Below are positions 9,587 to 18,840 of a stretch of DNA of 64,000 nucleotides, one piece after another. Each line of letters starts with the position of its first letter. Within the stretch, counting starts at the first letter, position 1. Source of the stretch: Dehalococcoidia bacterium (GTDB lineage Bacteria; Chloroflexota; Dehalococcoidia; Plut-88900); NCBI GenBank assembly GCA_965197585.1, contig OZ240215.1, positions 1,888,001 to 1,952,000 on the forward strand, given 5' to 3'. The notes under the pieces are model-generated. The model was given only the letters and a program-made list of their open reading frames with translations, made no database searches and was not told the origin of the DNA. A program made the translations under genes and the position numbers.

Positions 9587-10735
9587 ATGAATAGCCTAGT
9601 CGTCGATGTCGATGGGCATGTCGCCGAGCCCATAACCGAGATCATGGACGAATACCTTGACCCTCAGTTCAAGGATCGCCCACTACGCCTTCTCAACGAC
9701 GAAAACGGCCTCGAATACCTCGAAATTAACGGCAAGAAATCAACCCTTGTTCAGGGAGGCACAGGCCTGGGTGCCGACGCAGGCAAGGCCTTCGGCGCCG
9801 AGGACTACGAGCCCTTCTTCACGCCCGGCGGGGTGCACTACTACGACGGAATGATCCCCGCATCCAATCAGCCCGACGCCCGCGCCGCATGGCACGACCA
9901 GGAAGGCATCCACAAGGCAATTCTCTACCCCACCATCGGCATATCTTGGGAGGACGAGTGCGACGACCCCAAGGTGGCCTCCGCTTACTGCCGAGCCTAC
10001 AACGACTGGATTGTCGACTTCTGTAAGTCCCATCCTGACCGGCACTACCCCATCGCCCACATCCCCACCCTTGATGCCCACGAAGCCGCCGCCGAGGTCC
10101 GGCGCACCGCCGCCTTGGGCGTCAAGGGCTTCATGGTCTACAACACCGCCACCAATGGCATCTACTACGGCAACCCCTACTTCGATCCCCTCTACGAGGC
10201 CGTCGAAGAGTCGGGCCTGCCTCTGGGCAACCACGTCGTCAGCCAGATCAACTATCTCGCCAAGGACCAAAACCGGGCCATCGACACTATGGGCGATGAT
10301 TTCTACTACGTCACCATGGTCATCCCCTTCCAGTCCCAGCTTGCCTTGATCCACATGATCACCGAGGGTGCCTTCGACCGGTTCCCCACAATGAAGTATG
10401 TATTCTTGGAAACGGGCGCTACCTGGCTCGCCTACCTGCTTGAACGATTGGACGACAAGTTCAAGAGCCAGAGCCATTCCACCACCTTCAAGGAGCAGCC
10501 CAGCGATTATTTCCGACGCCAGTGCTGGATCTCTATCGAACCCGAGGAGGAGCTGATACCCAACATCATCGACAAAGTCGGCGCCGACAAATTCTTCTGG
10601 GCCTCAGACTTCCCCCACCACGACGGATTCCCCGGAGTCGTTGGAGCGATAAGAGACCTCCTCAGCCCCCTGTCCACCGAAGACCTAAACAAGGTCATGG
10701 GCCAAAATGCCGTGGACGTATACAACCTGAGATAG
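9587..10735 (+). CDS. amidohydrolase family 2 protein
   Basis: DVDGHVAEP, GAFDRFP, ETGATW, WASDFPH; paralog of the preceding gene. Confidence 0.9.
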   Translation: MNSLVVDVDGHVAEPITEIMDEYLDPQFKDRPLRLLNDENGLEYLEINGKKSTLVQGGTGLGADAGKAFGAEDYEPFFTPGGVHYYDGMIPASNQPDARAAWHDQEGIHKAILYPTIGISWEDECDDPKVASAYCRAYNDWIVDFCKSHPDRHYPIAHIPTLDAHEAAAEVRRTAALGVKGFMVYNTATNGIYYGNPYFDPLYEAVEESGLPLGNHVVSQINYLAKDQNRAIDTMGDDFYYVTMVIPFQSQLALIHMITEGAFDRFPTMKYVFLETGATWLAYLLERLDDKFKSQSHSTTFKEQPSDYFRRQCWISIEPEEELIPNIIDKVGADKFFWASDFPHHDGFPGVVGAIRDLLSPLSTEDLNKVMGQNAVDVYNLR

Positions 10736-10761
10736 CTGCACTACGCGGGAATTCCCAAAAA

Positions 10762-11997
10762 ATGTCTGCCGAACAGCACATCGCCAATAGCCCCCCCGAC
10801 AACAACGGTGGCTACCGTCTCGTCTGCCGAAACATCTGGAAAATCTTCGGTGACGACGCCGATAACCTCGTCGGCTCCATAGACCCTTCCATCTCCCGAG
10901 AAGAGCTGCTCGCGCAAACCGGATGCGTCGTCGCGGTCAAAGACGTCTCTTTCGAGGTTCGCGAAGGCGAGACCTTCGTCATCATGGGCCTTTCCGGCAG
11001 CGGCAAGTCCACCTTGGTCCGCTGTCTCAGCCGCCTCATCGAACCCACACGCGGCCACATTCTCATAGACGGCGAGGATGTCCTCGCTATGAACAAGCAG
11101 CAACTCCGGGACATCCGCCGTTACAAGATGGGCATGGTATTCCAGCACTTCGGCAACTTCCCCCACAAGAGAGTCATGGAGAACGTCGTCTATGGCCTGC
11201 AAATCCAGGGCATGGACAAGGCCACCCGCAACAAACGCGCCGCCGATGTCATTGAACTCGTTGGATTGATGGGATGGGAGGAGCGCTACCCCCACGAGTT
11301 GAGCGGCGGAATGCAGCAGCGTGTCGGCCTCGCCCGAGCCCTCGCCGTCGACCCCGAGATCCTCCTCTTCGACGAACCCTTCAGCGCCCTTGACCCCTTA
11401 ATCCGGCGCGAAATGCAGGACCAGCTAATCAAGCTCCAGCAGCTTGTCCAGAAGACCATGGTCTTCATAACGCACGACTTCCTTGAAGCTCTTAAGGTCG
11501 GCGACCGGGTCGCCATTATGAAAGACGGAGAGTTCGTCCAGGTAGGCACACCGGAAGAAGTCGTCTCAGCTCCCACAAACGACTACGTCCGGGACTTCAC
11601 CCGAGACGTCCCACGGTCCAAGGTGCTCACTGCCCGTTCCGTCATGACCCCAACTCGCATCTCCGCTGGCCCAGACGAAATATTGTCCGGCGTCGTAACT
11701 AGGATGAAGGACCAGAATTGCGACTGCGCCGTGGTCGTTGACAATCAGAATCACTTCAGGGGCACGGTGCAGCTGTCCGACATCCCCAGTGGCGCCGCCG
11801 ACAACGCCAGCGTCGCCTCCATAATGCGCGACTCATGCCCCACCGCCCAGCCCGGGACCCGACTTGAGCAGCTCATTCCCTTAGTCATCTCCAACGATGA
11901 TCCCATCGCCGTCCTCGAAGATACCCGGTGCCTCGGAACTATCAGCCGCCAGGCCGCCATGTCTGCCCTAATTAGCGACGATGGGGTGGCCACGTGA
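10762..11997 (+). CDS. proV: glycine betaine/choline/proline-type ABC transporter ATP-binding subunit with CBS domains (ProV/OpuAA-like)
   Basis: Walker A GLSGSGKST, LSGGMQQRVGLARALA, DEPFSALDPLIRREMQ, C-terminal CBS-like region; ATG 10762 chosen because the longer ORF overlaps the previous gene. Confidence 0.88.
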   Translation: MSAEQHIANSPPDNNGGYRLVCRNIWKIFGDDADNLVGSIDPSISREELLAQTGCVVAVKDVSFEVREGETFVIMGLSGSGKSTLVRCLSRLIEPTRGHILIDGEDVLAMNKQQLRDIRRYKMGMVFQHFGNFPHKRVMENVVYGLQIQGMDKATRNKRAADVIELVGLMGWEERYPHELSGGMQQRVGLARALAVDPEILLFDEPFSALDPLIRREMQDQLIKLQQLVQKTMVFITHDFLEALKVGDRVAIMKDGEFVQVGTPEEVVSAPTNDYVRDFTRDVPRSKVLTARSVMTPTRISAGPDEILSGVVTRMKDQNCDCAVVVDNQNHFRGTVQLSDIPSGAADNASVASIMRDSCPTAQPGTRLEQLIPLVISNDDPIAVLEDTRCLGTISRQAAMSALISDDGVAT

Positions 11998-13985
11998 TAC
12001 GCGTAGGCGCCCTTCCCACTCAGATACGCCGCGGCGGAGGCCGGTACCGGACCTATTTATGGGCTGCCGCAGCCGTCTCCGCCTACCTTTTGGCCTACTC
12101 CCTCGCCCAAACCAACGCAGGCACCGAATTCGGAGACTGGCCGGAGCGCTGGGAGTTGCCTATTCAGGAACCCATAGACAACTTCTTCGATTGGGTAGGC
12201 GACACCTTCTCATGGTTCTTCAACCCCATCTCCGATGTCATAGATGCAGTCCTGTCCTGGATTGACTCCTTCCTACTCTGGCTCCCTTGGCCCGTGGTAG
12301 TCGCCACTACCGCCTTGGTCGGTTTCAGGCTGGGTGGCAAATGGCTGGGCCTGTTCTGCGGAGCTGCGACCCTGTATATAGGCCTGAACGGCTACTGGGA
12401 CTCCGCGATGCTCACCCTGAGCGTGGTGGCTGTTTCGGTATTGATCGCTGTCGCCTTTGGAGTAACAGTCGGCATCCTGGCCGCCTCCAGCAACCGCTTC
12501 GAGTCAATCGTACGACCCATCCTGGACACCATGCAGGTCCTGCCCGCCTTCGTCTATCTCATTCCCGCCTTGATCTTCTTCGGGGTGAGTGGTACTCAGG
12601 GAGTGTTCCTCACCGTAGTCTATGCGATTCCACCCGTCATCCGGCTCACGAACCTCGGCATCAGGCAAGTGCCGCGCGCCACCATAGAGACTGCCTACTC
12701 CCACGGGTCCACGACGCTTCAGACCCTCTTACAGGTGCAATTGCCCCTCGCTAAAAACTCCATAATGTTAGGCATTAACCAGACCATAATGATGGCCATT
12801 GCTATGGTCATCATAACCGCCCTGGTCGGTGTGTCTGGGTTGGGCAAAGATGTATGGGTCTCGTTGAGGGAAGTCAACGCAGGTGAGGGGTTGGAAAGCG
12901 GCATAGCCATTGTGCTTCTTGCCATCATCCTGGACCGCATCAGCTACGCCCTATCCCAGTCAGGCCCGACTTACTCCCAAATGGACCCCACTGATGCTAG
13001 CCTTTTAGAAGGAACGCTTTCCCAAAGGGTACGGGCGTTATTGGTCCGCTACCCTTACCAATTATTTGGCGTTGCAGTGACAGCCCTCCTTATAGTCGTC
13101 GGCTTGATGGTGCCGTTCCTAAATGAGTTCCCTGACGAAATCACCTTCTCAATGGCCGAGTACATCAACAGTGCTTTCGACTGGATGGCCATTAACCTCC
13201 ACTTCATCACAAGCTGGATACGGGACAGCCTGTTCCGGGAGCTCGGTTTCGCTCCCGTCCACACAATGCTTGTTTGGCTGCCGTGGCCCGCGATGATGGT
13301 CCTTGCAGGCGCACTGGCGTACTTAACTTCGGGATGGCGGGTTTCGCTTCTTGCAGTGTCAGGACTAGCTTTCGCCGGCATCGGCGGGGTTTGGGACGTG
13401 ACCATGGACACCCTGAGCCAAGTTCTGACAGCGGGAGTCTTGACAGTGGTGTTGGGTCTCGCACTGGGAGTCTTCGCCTCTCAGAACAAGACTTTCGAGT
13501 CCATCCTCCGCCCCATCCTGGACACCATGCAGACCATGCCTATTTTCGTCTACCTAATCCCCGTCATCATGCTCTGGGGCATCGGGCCCCTTGTCGGCAT
13601 CATAGCCACCGCCGTATATGCCCTTCCACCCGTGGTCCGTATGACCAGCCTGGGCCTTAAGGAAGTTCCGCCCCAGGTGATAGAAACCGCCCAGTCTCAC
13701 GGTTCCACTGGCCTCCAGACCATGTTGCAAGTGCGGATGCCTCTGGCCTTCCCCACTATAATGATGGGCGTCAACCAGACCATTATCATGGTTCTGGCCA
13801 TGGTAATCATCGCCGGACTTGTGGGAGGGGGCGGCCTCGGACAGGAAGTGTACATCAATTCCATATACCTCAGGATGGGCCATGGCCTTATATCCGGCAT
13901 GACCATCGTATTCATGGCCATGGTTTTGGATCGTATGACCCAGGGCAACCAGGGAACCATGAAAGCGTTTGCTGCAGTGAGATAG
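11994..13985 (+). CDS. proW: betaine-type ABC permease with two tandem ProW-like modules
   Basis: Motifs RPILDTMQ..PxFVYLIP and GI/VNQTI each occur twice; GTGA overlap with the ATPase gene. Confidence 0.85.
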   Translation: MIRVGALPTQIRRGGGRYRTYLWAAAAVSAYLLAYSLAQTNAGTEFGDWPERWELPIQEPIDNFFDWVGDTFSWFFNPISDVIDAVLSWIDSFLLWLPWPVVVATTALVGFRLGGKWLGLFCGAATLYIGLNGYWDSAMLTLSVVAVSVLIAVAFGVTVGILAASSNRFESIVRPILDTMQVLPAFVYLIPALIFFGVSGTQGVFLTVVYAIPPVIRLTNLGIRQVPRATIETAYSHGSTTLQTLLQVQLPLAKNSIMLGINQTIMMAIAMVIITALVGVSGLGKDVWVSLREVNAGEGLESGIAIVLLAIILDRISYALSQSGPTYSQMDPTDASLLEGTLSQRVRALLVRYPYQLFGVAVTALLIVVGLMVPFLNEFPDEITFSMAEYINSAFDWMAINLHFITSWIRDSLFRELGFAPVHTMLVWLPWPAMMVLAGALAYLTSGWRVSLLAVSGLAFAGIGGVWDVTMDTLSQVLTAGVLTVVLGLALGVFASQNKTFESILRPILDTMQTMPIFVYLIPVIMLWGIGPLVGIIATAVYALPPVVRMTSLGLKEVPPQVIETAQSHGSTGLQTMLQVRMPLAFPTIMMGVNQTIIMVLAMVIIAGLVGGGGLGQEVYINSIYLRMGHGLISGMTIVFMAMVLDRMTQGNQGTMKAFAAVR

Positions 13986-14103
13986 TAAAGTTTTATCATG
14001 AGGCCCTGTAGGCCATCAAAGGAGCGGTGCCTATGAGAGAATAGCTTCCACCTCTAAGTTCGGAACATCACTTTAACCTCCCAACACGGAAGGGAGAAAC
14101 GAA

Positions 14104-15102
14104 ATGAAAAAAGTTAATTCTAGATGGATAGGTCTCTCGGTGGCCTTGGCACTCATCATCGTCCTCGCGGTGGGACTGGCTTGCGGCGGAGTGGATTCGG
14201 AGGAAGATGGATCCAAGGGAACCATATTCCTGGTAGACCAGGACTGGAACGGCCAACTCGTACTGACAGCTGTAGCACAAATCCTATTGGAGCAGGAAAT
14301 GGGCTACAGTGTTGCGACCAAGTTCTCTCCCGCGGACTCCGCACACCTATTCACTGGCCTGCAAGACGGAGACTTCCACTTCGTGTGTTGCAACTGGCCC
14401 TCCTACAGTGCAGAATTGCTTGATGAATTCGTGAATGAAGACGGCAAGGAATCCGTGGAGCGCCTGGGACTGGTGGGCATCAGTGGTGATAGCGGCTGGT
14501 ACGTTCCCTCCTACGTCATAAATGGTGACTCCTCCCGCGGTATCGCAGCAGTCGCCCCTGATCTCCGCACCGTCGAACAGCTTAACCAGTACAAGTCTGT
14601 CTTCGCCACGAGCGACACCGGTGAGAGTGGAAGACTTCTGGAGTTTACGCCGGCCTGGGACACCAGAGGCGAGGAACGGCTGGAAGCTTTCGGAGCAGAC
14701 TATCAGGTCATCTTTGCCGGTTCAGAAGCCGCTGCCTTGGCAGAATTGGATGCCGCCTTTACACGCGGCGACCCTGTCCTTACTTACCTCTGGGAACCCC
14801 ATTGGGCTCATGTGACATACGACCTCGTACAAGTCGAGATGCCTGAATGGACACCGGATTGCTATCCTGACGGCGATGATTTCGGCTGCGGTTTCCCCAG
14901 CGACCCTGTTGCCAAGCTTGTTTGGCCGGGCCTCAAGGACGAATTCCCTGATGCCTATGCGTTCCTTTCAAACTTCCAGTTGACCAATGCACAGCAGACT
15001 GCGATTGTCCTCAACCATGAGGAAAACGATCTCACCGTTCGCGGCGCCGCCCAAGAATGGGTAGACGCCAATGAGGACATCTGGCAAGAGTGGATTCCCT
15101 AG
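14104..15102 (+). CDS. proX: betaine-type ABC substrate-binding lipoprotein (ProX-like)
   Basis: Lipobox GLAC; GWYVPSYV, YLWEPHW motifs; operon position. Confidence 0.82.
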   Translation: MKKVNSRWIGLSVALALIIVLAVGLACGGVDSEEDGSKGTIFLVDQDWNGQLVLTAVAQILLEQEMGYSVATKFSPADSAHLFTGLQDGDFHFVCCNWPSYSAELLDEFVNEDGKESVERLGLVGISGDSGWYVPSYVINGDSSRGIAAVAPDLRTVEQLNQYKSVFATSDTGESGRLLEFTPAWDTRGEERLEAFGADYQVIFAGSEAAALAELDAAFTRGDPVLTYLWEPHWAHVTYDLVQVEMPEWTPDCYPDGDDFGCGFPSDPVAKLVWPGLKDEFPDAYAFLSNFQLTNAQQTAIVLNHEENDLTVRGAAQEWVDANEDIWQEWIP

Positions 15103-15160
15103 ACACCAGGCTTTCGTTCTAATCGCCGAAACTGGTCCCATTCCAAACTTGGAATCATAG

Positions 15161-15190
15161 GTCACGGGAGGGTTTAACCCCTCCCGTGGC
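15161..15190. terminator. stem-loop between proX and the GMC oxidoreductase gene (terminator, processing site or REP-like)
   Basis: GTCACGGGAGGG and CCCTCCCGTGGC arms around a short loop; no U-tract. Confidence 0.4.
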
Positions 15191-15211
15191 CCGACTCGCA
15201 GAGGGTTGGCA

Positions 15212-16762
15212 ATGAAGTATGACCACATTGTAGTCGGAGCGGGTTCTGGTGGAGCCGTACTCGCCAGCCGACTCTCCGAAGACCCCAACCGGTCCGTCCT
15301 CCTGATCGAGGCCGGTGATGACTTCTCCGACCTGGACCGCCTTCCTGCCGAGCTCAAATACCTCTACGGCCCGAGACCCACAGTCTTCGAAAGCCATCAC
15401 CTCTGGAACTTCGAGGCCCGCACCACCGACGAGGCCATTCCAACCATGGTCCCGCGCGGCAGAGTCACCGGCGGCACCAGCGCCATCAATGGCGCCAACT
15501 TCCTCCGTGGCGAAAGGGAGGACTTTGACCTCTGGGCCGAGGCCGGCAACGATGAATGGGCATTCGAAAAGGTCCTACCCTATTTCAGGAAGACCGAGTC
15601 CGACGAAGACTTCGACACCGACTACCACGGCAAGACAGGCCCTATCCGCTGCCGCCGCTTCACCCCCGACGAGTGGGGCCCTTTCCAAAAGGCCTTCTAT
15701 GACGCCTGCCTGGACTACGGCTTCCCAGACTGCCCGGACCATAACCGCCCCGACTCCACCGGCGTCGGCCCTCTCACCTTCAACGTCGTCGATCGAGTCC
15801 GTTGGAGCACGGCCATCGGATATCTGAATCCTGCCCGACACCGCGTTAACCTGACAATACGGCCCAACTGCGTAGTCCACGGCATAATCTTTGATGGCAA
15901 CAAAGCCGAGGGGTTGCTCGTCACCAGCGGCGGCGAGATGTTCATCGTCTACGGCGGCGAGATAATTCTCTCCGCGGGGGTGATAGGTTCGCCGCACATA
16001 CTGACCCTCTCAGGAGTAGGCCCTGCAGACCAGATGGTCAAACTCGGCATTCCCGTCGTACAGGATCTGCCCGGCGTCGGCGCAAACCTCCGCGACCACA
16101 TGGACTTGGACCTCACCTGGGAATCCCTCGCTCCAATGCGCGTGGCTGAAGAAAAGTGCGCCGAGGGAGCGATCACCCTGCGCTATACCGCCAAAGGCTC
16201 TCCCTGGAAGAATGACATGGTAGTTTGCATGAACAATCGCATGTCGGAGATGCCGGGATTGCCCTTGGATGAATCTGCGGAGGCCCTTGTCGGCTGCCAG
16301 CTCCTGATCTATATGAGTCTTTCCTCCGGGCAAATGACCGTCGTTTCCACCGACCCCCGTAAGGCCCCCGAACTGGACTACAACTACTTCGAGGAACCTC
16401 TGGACCGCTCAAGGTACCGGGATGGCGTAAGGATCTGCGTTGACCTCTTCAAAAACTCCGCCTTCAATGGCCTGATCGGGAAACGACTGGGCCCCTCAGA
16501 CGAAATCCTTGACTCCGACGATGCCCTTGATCTCTGGCTCAGGAAGAATGTCAGGACCGGCCATCACCCCGCCGGCACCTGCAAAATGGGCCCCTCCTCC
16601 GACCCCCTGGCCGTGGTCGACCAGTACGCCAAAGTCCACGGTGTTGAGGGAGTCAGAGTACTGGACGCCTCCGTAATGCCTCACTCGCTCCGAGCCAACC
16701 TCAGCGCAAACATCATGGCCATGGCCGAGCGCGTCGCCGATTTCATCAAAGAAGGCCGCTAA
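15212..16762 (+). CDS. GMC family oxidoreductase (choline dehydrogenase/MftG-like)
   Basis: VVGAGSGG, GRVTGGTSAING, LPGVGANLRDH, HPAGTCKMG, RVLDASVMP. Confidence 0.9.
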   Translation: MKYDHIVVGAGSGGAVLASRLSEDPNRSVLLIEAGDDFSDLDRLPAELKYLYGPRPTVFESHHLWNFEARTTDEAIPTMVPRGRVTGGTSAINGANFLRGEREDFDLWAEAGNDEWAFEKVLPYFRKTESDEDFDTDYHGKTGPIRCRRFTPDEWGPFQKAFYDACLDYGFPDCPDHNRPDSTGVGPLTFNVVDRVRWSTAIGYLNPARHRVNLTIRPNCVVHGIIFDGNKAEGLLVTSGGEMFIVYGGEIILSAGVIGSPHILTLSGVGPADQMVKLGIPVVQDLPGVGANLRDHMDLDLTWESLAPMRVAEEKCAEGAITLRYTAKGSPWKNDMVVCMNNRMSEMPGLPLDESAEALVGCQLLIYMSLSSGQMTVVSTDPRKAPELDYNYFEEPLDRSRYRDGVRICVDLFKNSAFNGLIGKRLGPSDEILDSDDALDLWLRKNVRTGHHPAGTCKMGPSSDPLAVVDQYAKVHGVEGVRVLDASVMPHSLRANLSANIMAMAERVADFIKEGR

Positions 16763-16843
16763 TACAGTAAAGCCCTGGTGCGTCCTTCTTGCAGCCATAC
16801 CGCATGACGGGCGCAGTTCCAACAGCAGAAGTTTGCCTCTTCC

Positions 16844-18604
16844 CTATCTCGTCCCCGGTGGCCCCACCCGCACCGTAATTATGTCCGTGTCGCGGAACTG
16901 CTGGTGTCGCACCGAAGACGCGTAACGCCGCAGTAGCCGCAGAGAAATCTCCGTGTCTATCGGTGTCTCCTCTTCATGATCCTGCATCTGCCGGATTCTG
17001 TCCTCCAGGTTATCCTCGTTCCCACCACCAATGAATTCCAGGTCCGCCACCGGCCCGTCGCTCGAAGCCAGCACCACCAACTGACGGCCATCCCCCTCTG
17101 CTTCATCTGCCAGGTCTTCAAGTTCCGCCTCAAAATCAATTGGTGCAAGTGTCAGAAGCGTCTCCTCAGCCACCGCCGACAACCGGTCTTTCATAGAGTC
17201 ATTCCAATGTCGGCTGTCCGCAAACCGGTGTACGAATTGCGTTAGTTCCGCCAAGGAATCTATATGCAGCTTGGACTGGAACCTCATCCGTCTATGGCTC
17301 GTCAACTCCAGGAAGACGATCATCAGCACTGCAGACACCCCGCCCGTGGTCACCGCACTCTTGAGCAGCGCCCCGACCACCGGCCCCAAGTCCGGCAGAT
17401 TGAACAAAGCGAACTGGAATGAAGCCCCTATCCAGAATGATATCCCCGCCACCATCAGCCGGGATCTGTTCGGCTCATTCTGGATAACCGTGCGCGCCCC
17501 GTCCACGAAAAGCGTCCCTACCACCAGTATCAAATACCCTGCCATCACCGGGCCCGGTATAGTGCTCAGTAGACCCGAAACCTTCGGCACGAACGCCACT
17601 AGTATGAACACAGCCCCGATGACGTACCCAATCCTGCGCGACGCAACCCCTGTGATTTGCGTGAAGGCCACCGCACCCGGGTTTATGACTAGCGGGACCC
17701 CACCGGCCACCCCCGACAACAGGTTTCCTATGCCGGCGCCCGCCAGAGCCCCTTGCACTCTCCTGAAGTCGATAGCTCGTGGCTCCCGGCTGGAGACCCG
17801 CTGCATCGAAATCGCCTCCCCGTTTACCTGTATGGAGATAATCACCCCCAGGAACAGGAAGGACGGGACTAGCACCCAGAAGTCGACGCTAAAGTCGAGC
17901 CCTAGACCCGGCCATTCGCTCGGTACACCGACCCACGCCGCCTCCGTAACCTTGTCAATGTCGTAGATTCCCAACCCCGCCGCCGCTGCACACCCCCCTG
18001 CGATACCTATTACCGGTGCCCACAACCGCATCACCGGTGTGCCCCTCAATGTTAGTGCAACAACTATGACCAGGGTGACAAGGGCGGTCAAAGGCGCGGC
18101 TGCCGGCTCCTCCTGCGCCGCATCGTCGAGCAACGCAAACACCACCGAGGCCAATGTTATGGAAAGTATCATTATCACTGTGCCGCTCACTATCGGCGTT
18201 ACGACTCGCCGCAGCACGAACAGCCACTTGGAAATAACCAACTGGAACAGCGCAGATGCAATGATCAGCGTAGTCAGGGTAGCCGGGCCCCCGTCGACTA
18301 GCGCGGTGATGCAGAAAGGTATTGCGAAGGCAGCAGTGAACATTGGAAGCACCGCACCGGCGCCCGCAGGTCCTAGCCGCCTAACCTGGAGCAGAGTCGA
18401 CACCCCCACCACCAGCAGCGAGGCGAACACCATCCAGATTAGATAAGACTCGTCCCCACCCGACTCCTTCGCCACTACAACAGGGGTCACCAGCAAGGTC
18501 GCCGAGGCGATTATGCTGAACTGCAACCCGAGTCCCAAAGTGGATTTTAAAGGCGGGTTTTCGTCGACCTCGTACCGAGGGTTCCGTACCGCTCCTGCCG
18601 CCGT
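16844..18604 (-). CDS. NAT/NCS2 xanthine-uracil permease fused to a degenerate HATPase_c (RsbW-like) C-terminal domain
   Basis: Many TM segments, TPIVSGTV, ITGVASRRIG, IPGPV motifs; the frame is open upstream of TTG 18538 and reads RYEVDENPP; proposed start is ACG 18604 behind GGGAGG. Confidence 0.75.
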   Translation of the reverse strand, partial: TAAGAVRNPRYEVDENPPLKSTLGLGLQFSIIASATLLVTPVVVAKESGGDESYLIWMVFASLLVVGVSTLLQVRRLGPAGAGAVLPMFTAAFAIPFCITALVDGGPATLTTLIIASALFQLVISKWLFVLRRVVTPIVSGTVIMILSITLASVVFALLDDAAQEEPAAAPLTALVTLVIVVALTLRGTPVMRLWAPVIGIAGGCAAAAGLGIYDIDKVTEAAWVGVPSEWPGLGLDFSVDFWVLVPSFLFLGVIISIQVNGEAISMQRVSSREPRAIDFRRVQGALAGAGIGNLLSGVAGGVPLVINPGAVAFTQITGVASRRIGYVIGAVFILVAFVPKVSGLLSTIPGPVMAGYLILVVGTLFVDGARTVIQNEPNRSRLMVAGISFWIGASFQFALFNLPDLGPVVGALLKSAVTTGGVSAVLMIVFLELTSHRRMRFQSKLHIDSLAELTQFVHRFADSRHWNDSMKDRLSAVAEETLLTLAPIDFEAELEDLADEAEGDGRQLVVLASSDGPVADLEFIGGGNEDNLEDRIRQMQDHEEETPIDTEISLRLLRRYASSVRHQQFRDTDIITVRVGPPGTR

Positions 18605-18840
18605 TGGAATTGCCTCCCAATCTTGTTTGTGGGACAGAGCCTAGTGGATTCTACTAAGAATCACCGCTCGTTGCGACATTATCACCAACCTAAATTAAGT
18701 ACATGCCTTTATTGAACGAATTGCCAGTCTCCAATTCCTAGAAAATCGGCGTAATGCGTTCGAAAATGGAGCCGCTGAGAAACCATATCATCGCCCCACC
18801 CCCATCTTCCCAAACCTACGTCTTGTGATATGTTCTACCC

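Noticed and set aside
10522-10761. N-terminal extension of the ABC ATPase ORF
   Set aside because: Overlaps the amidohydrolase gene in another frame; ATG 10762 is more plausible.
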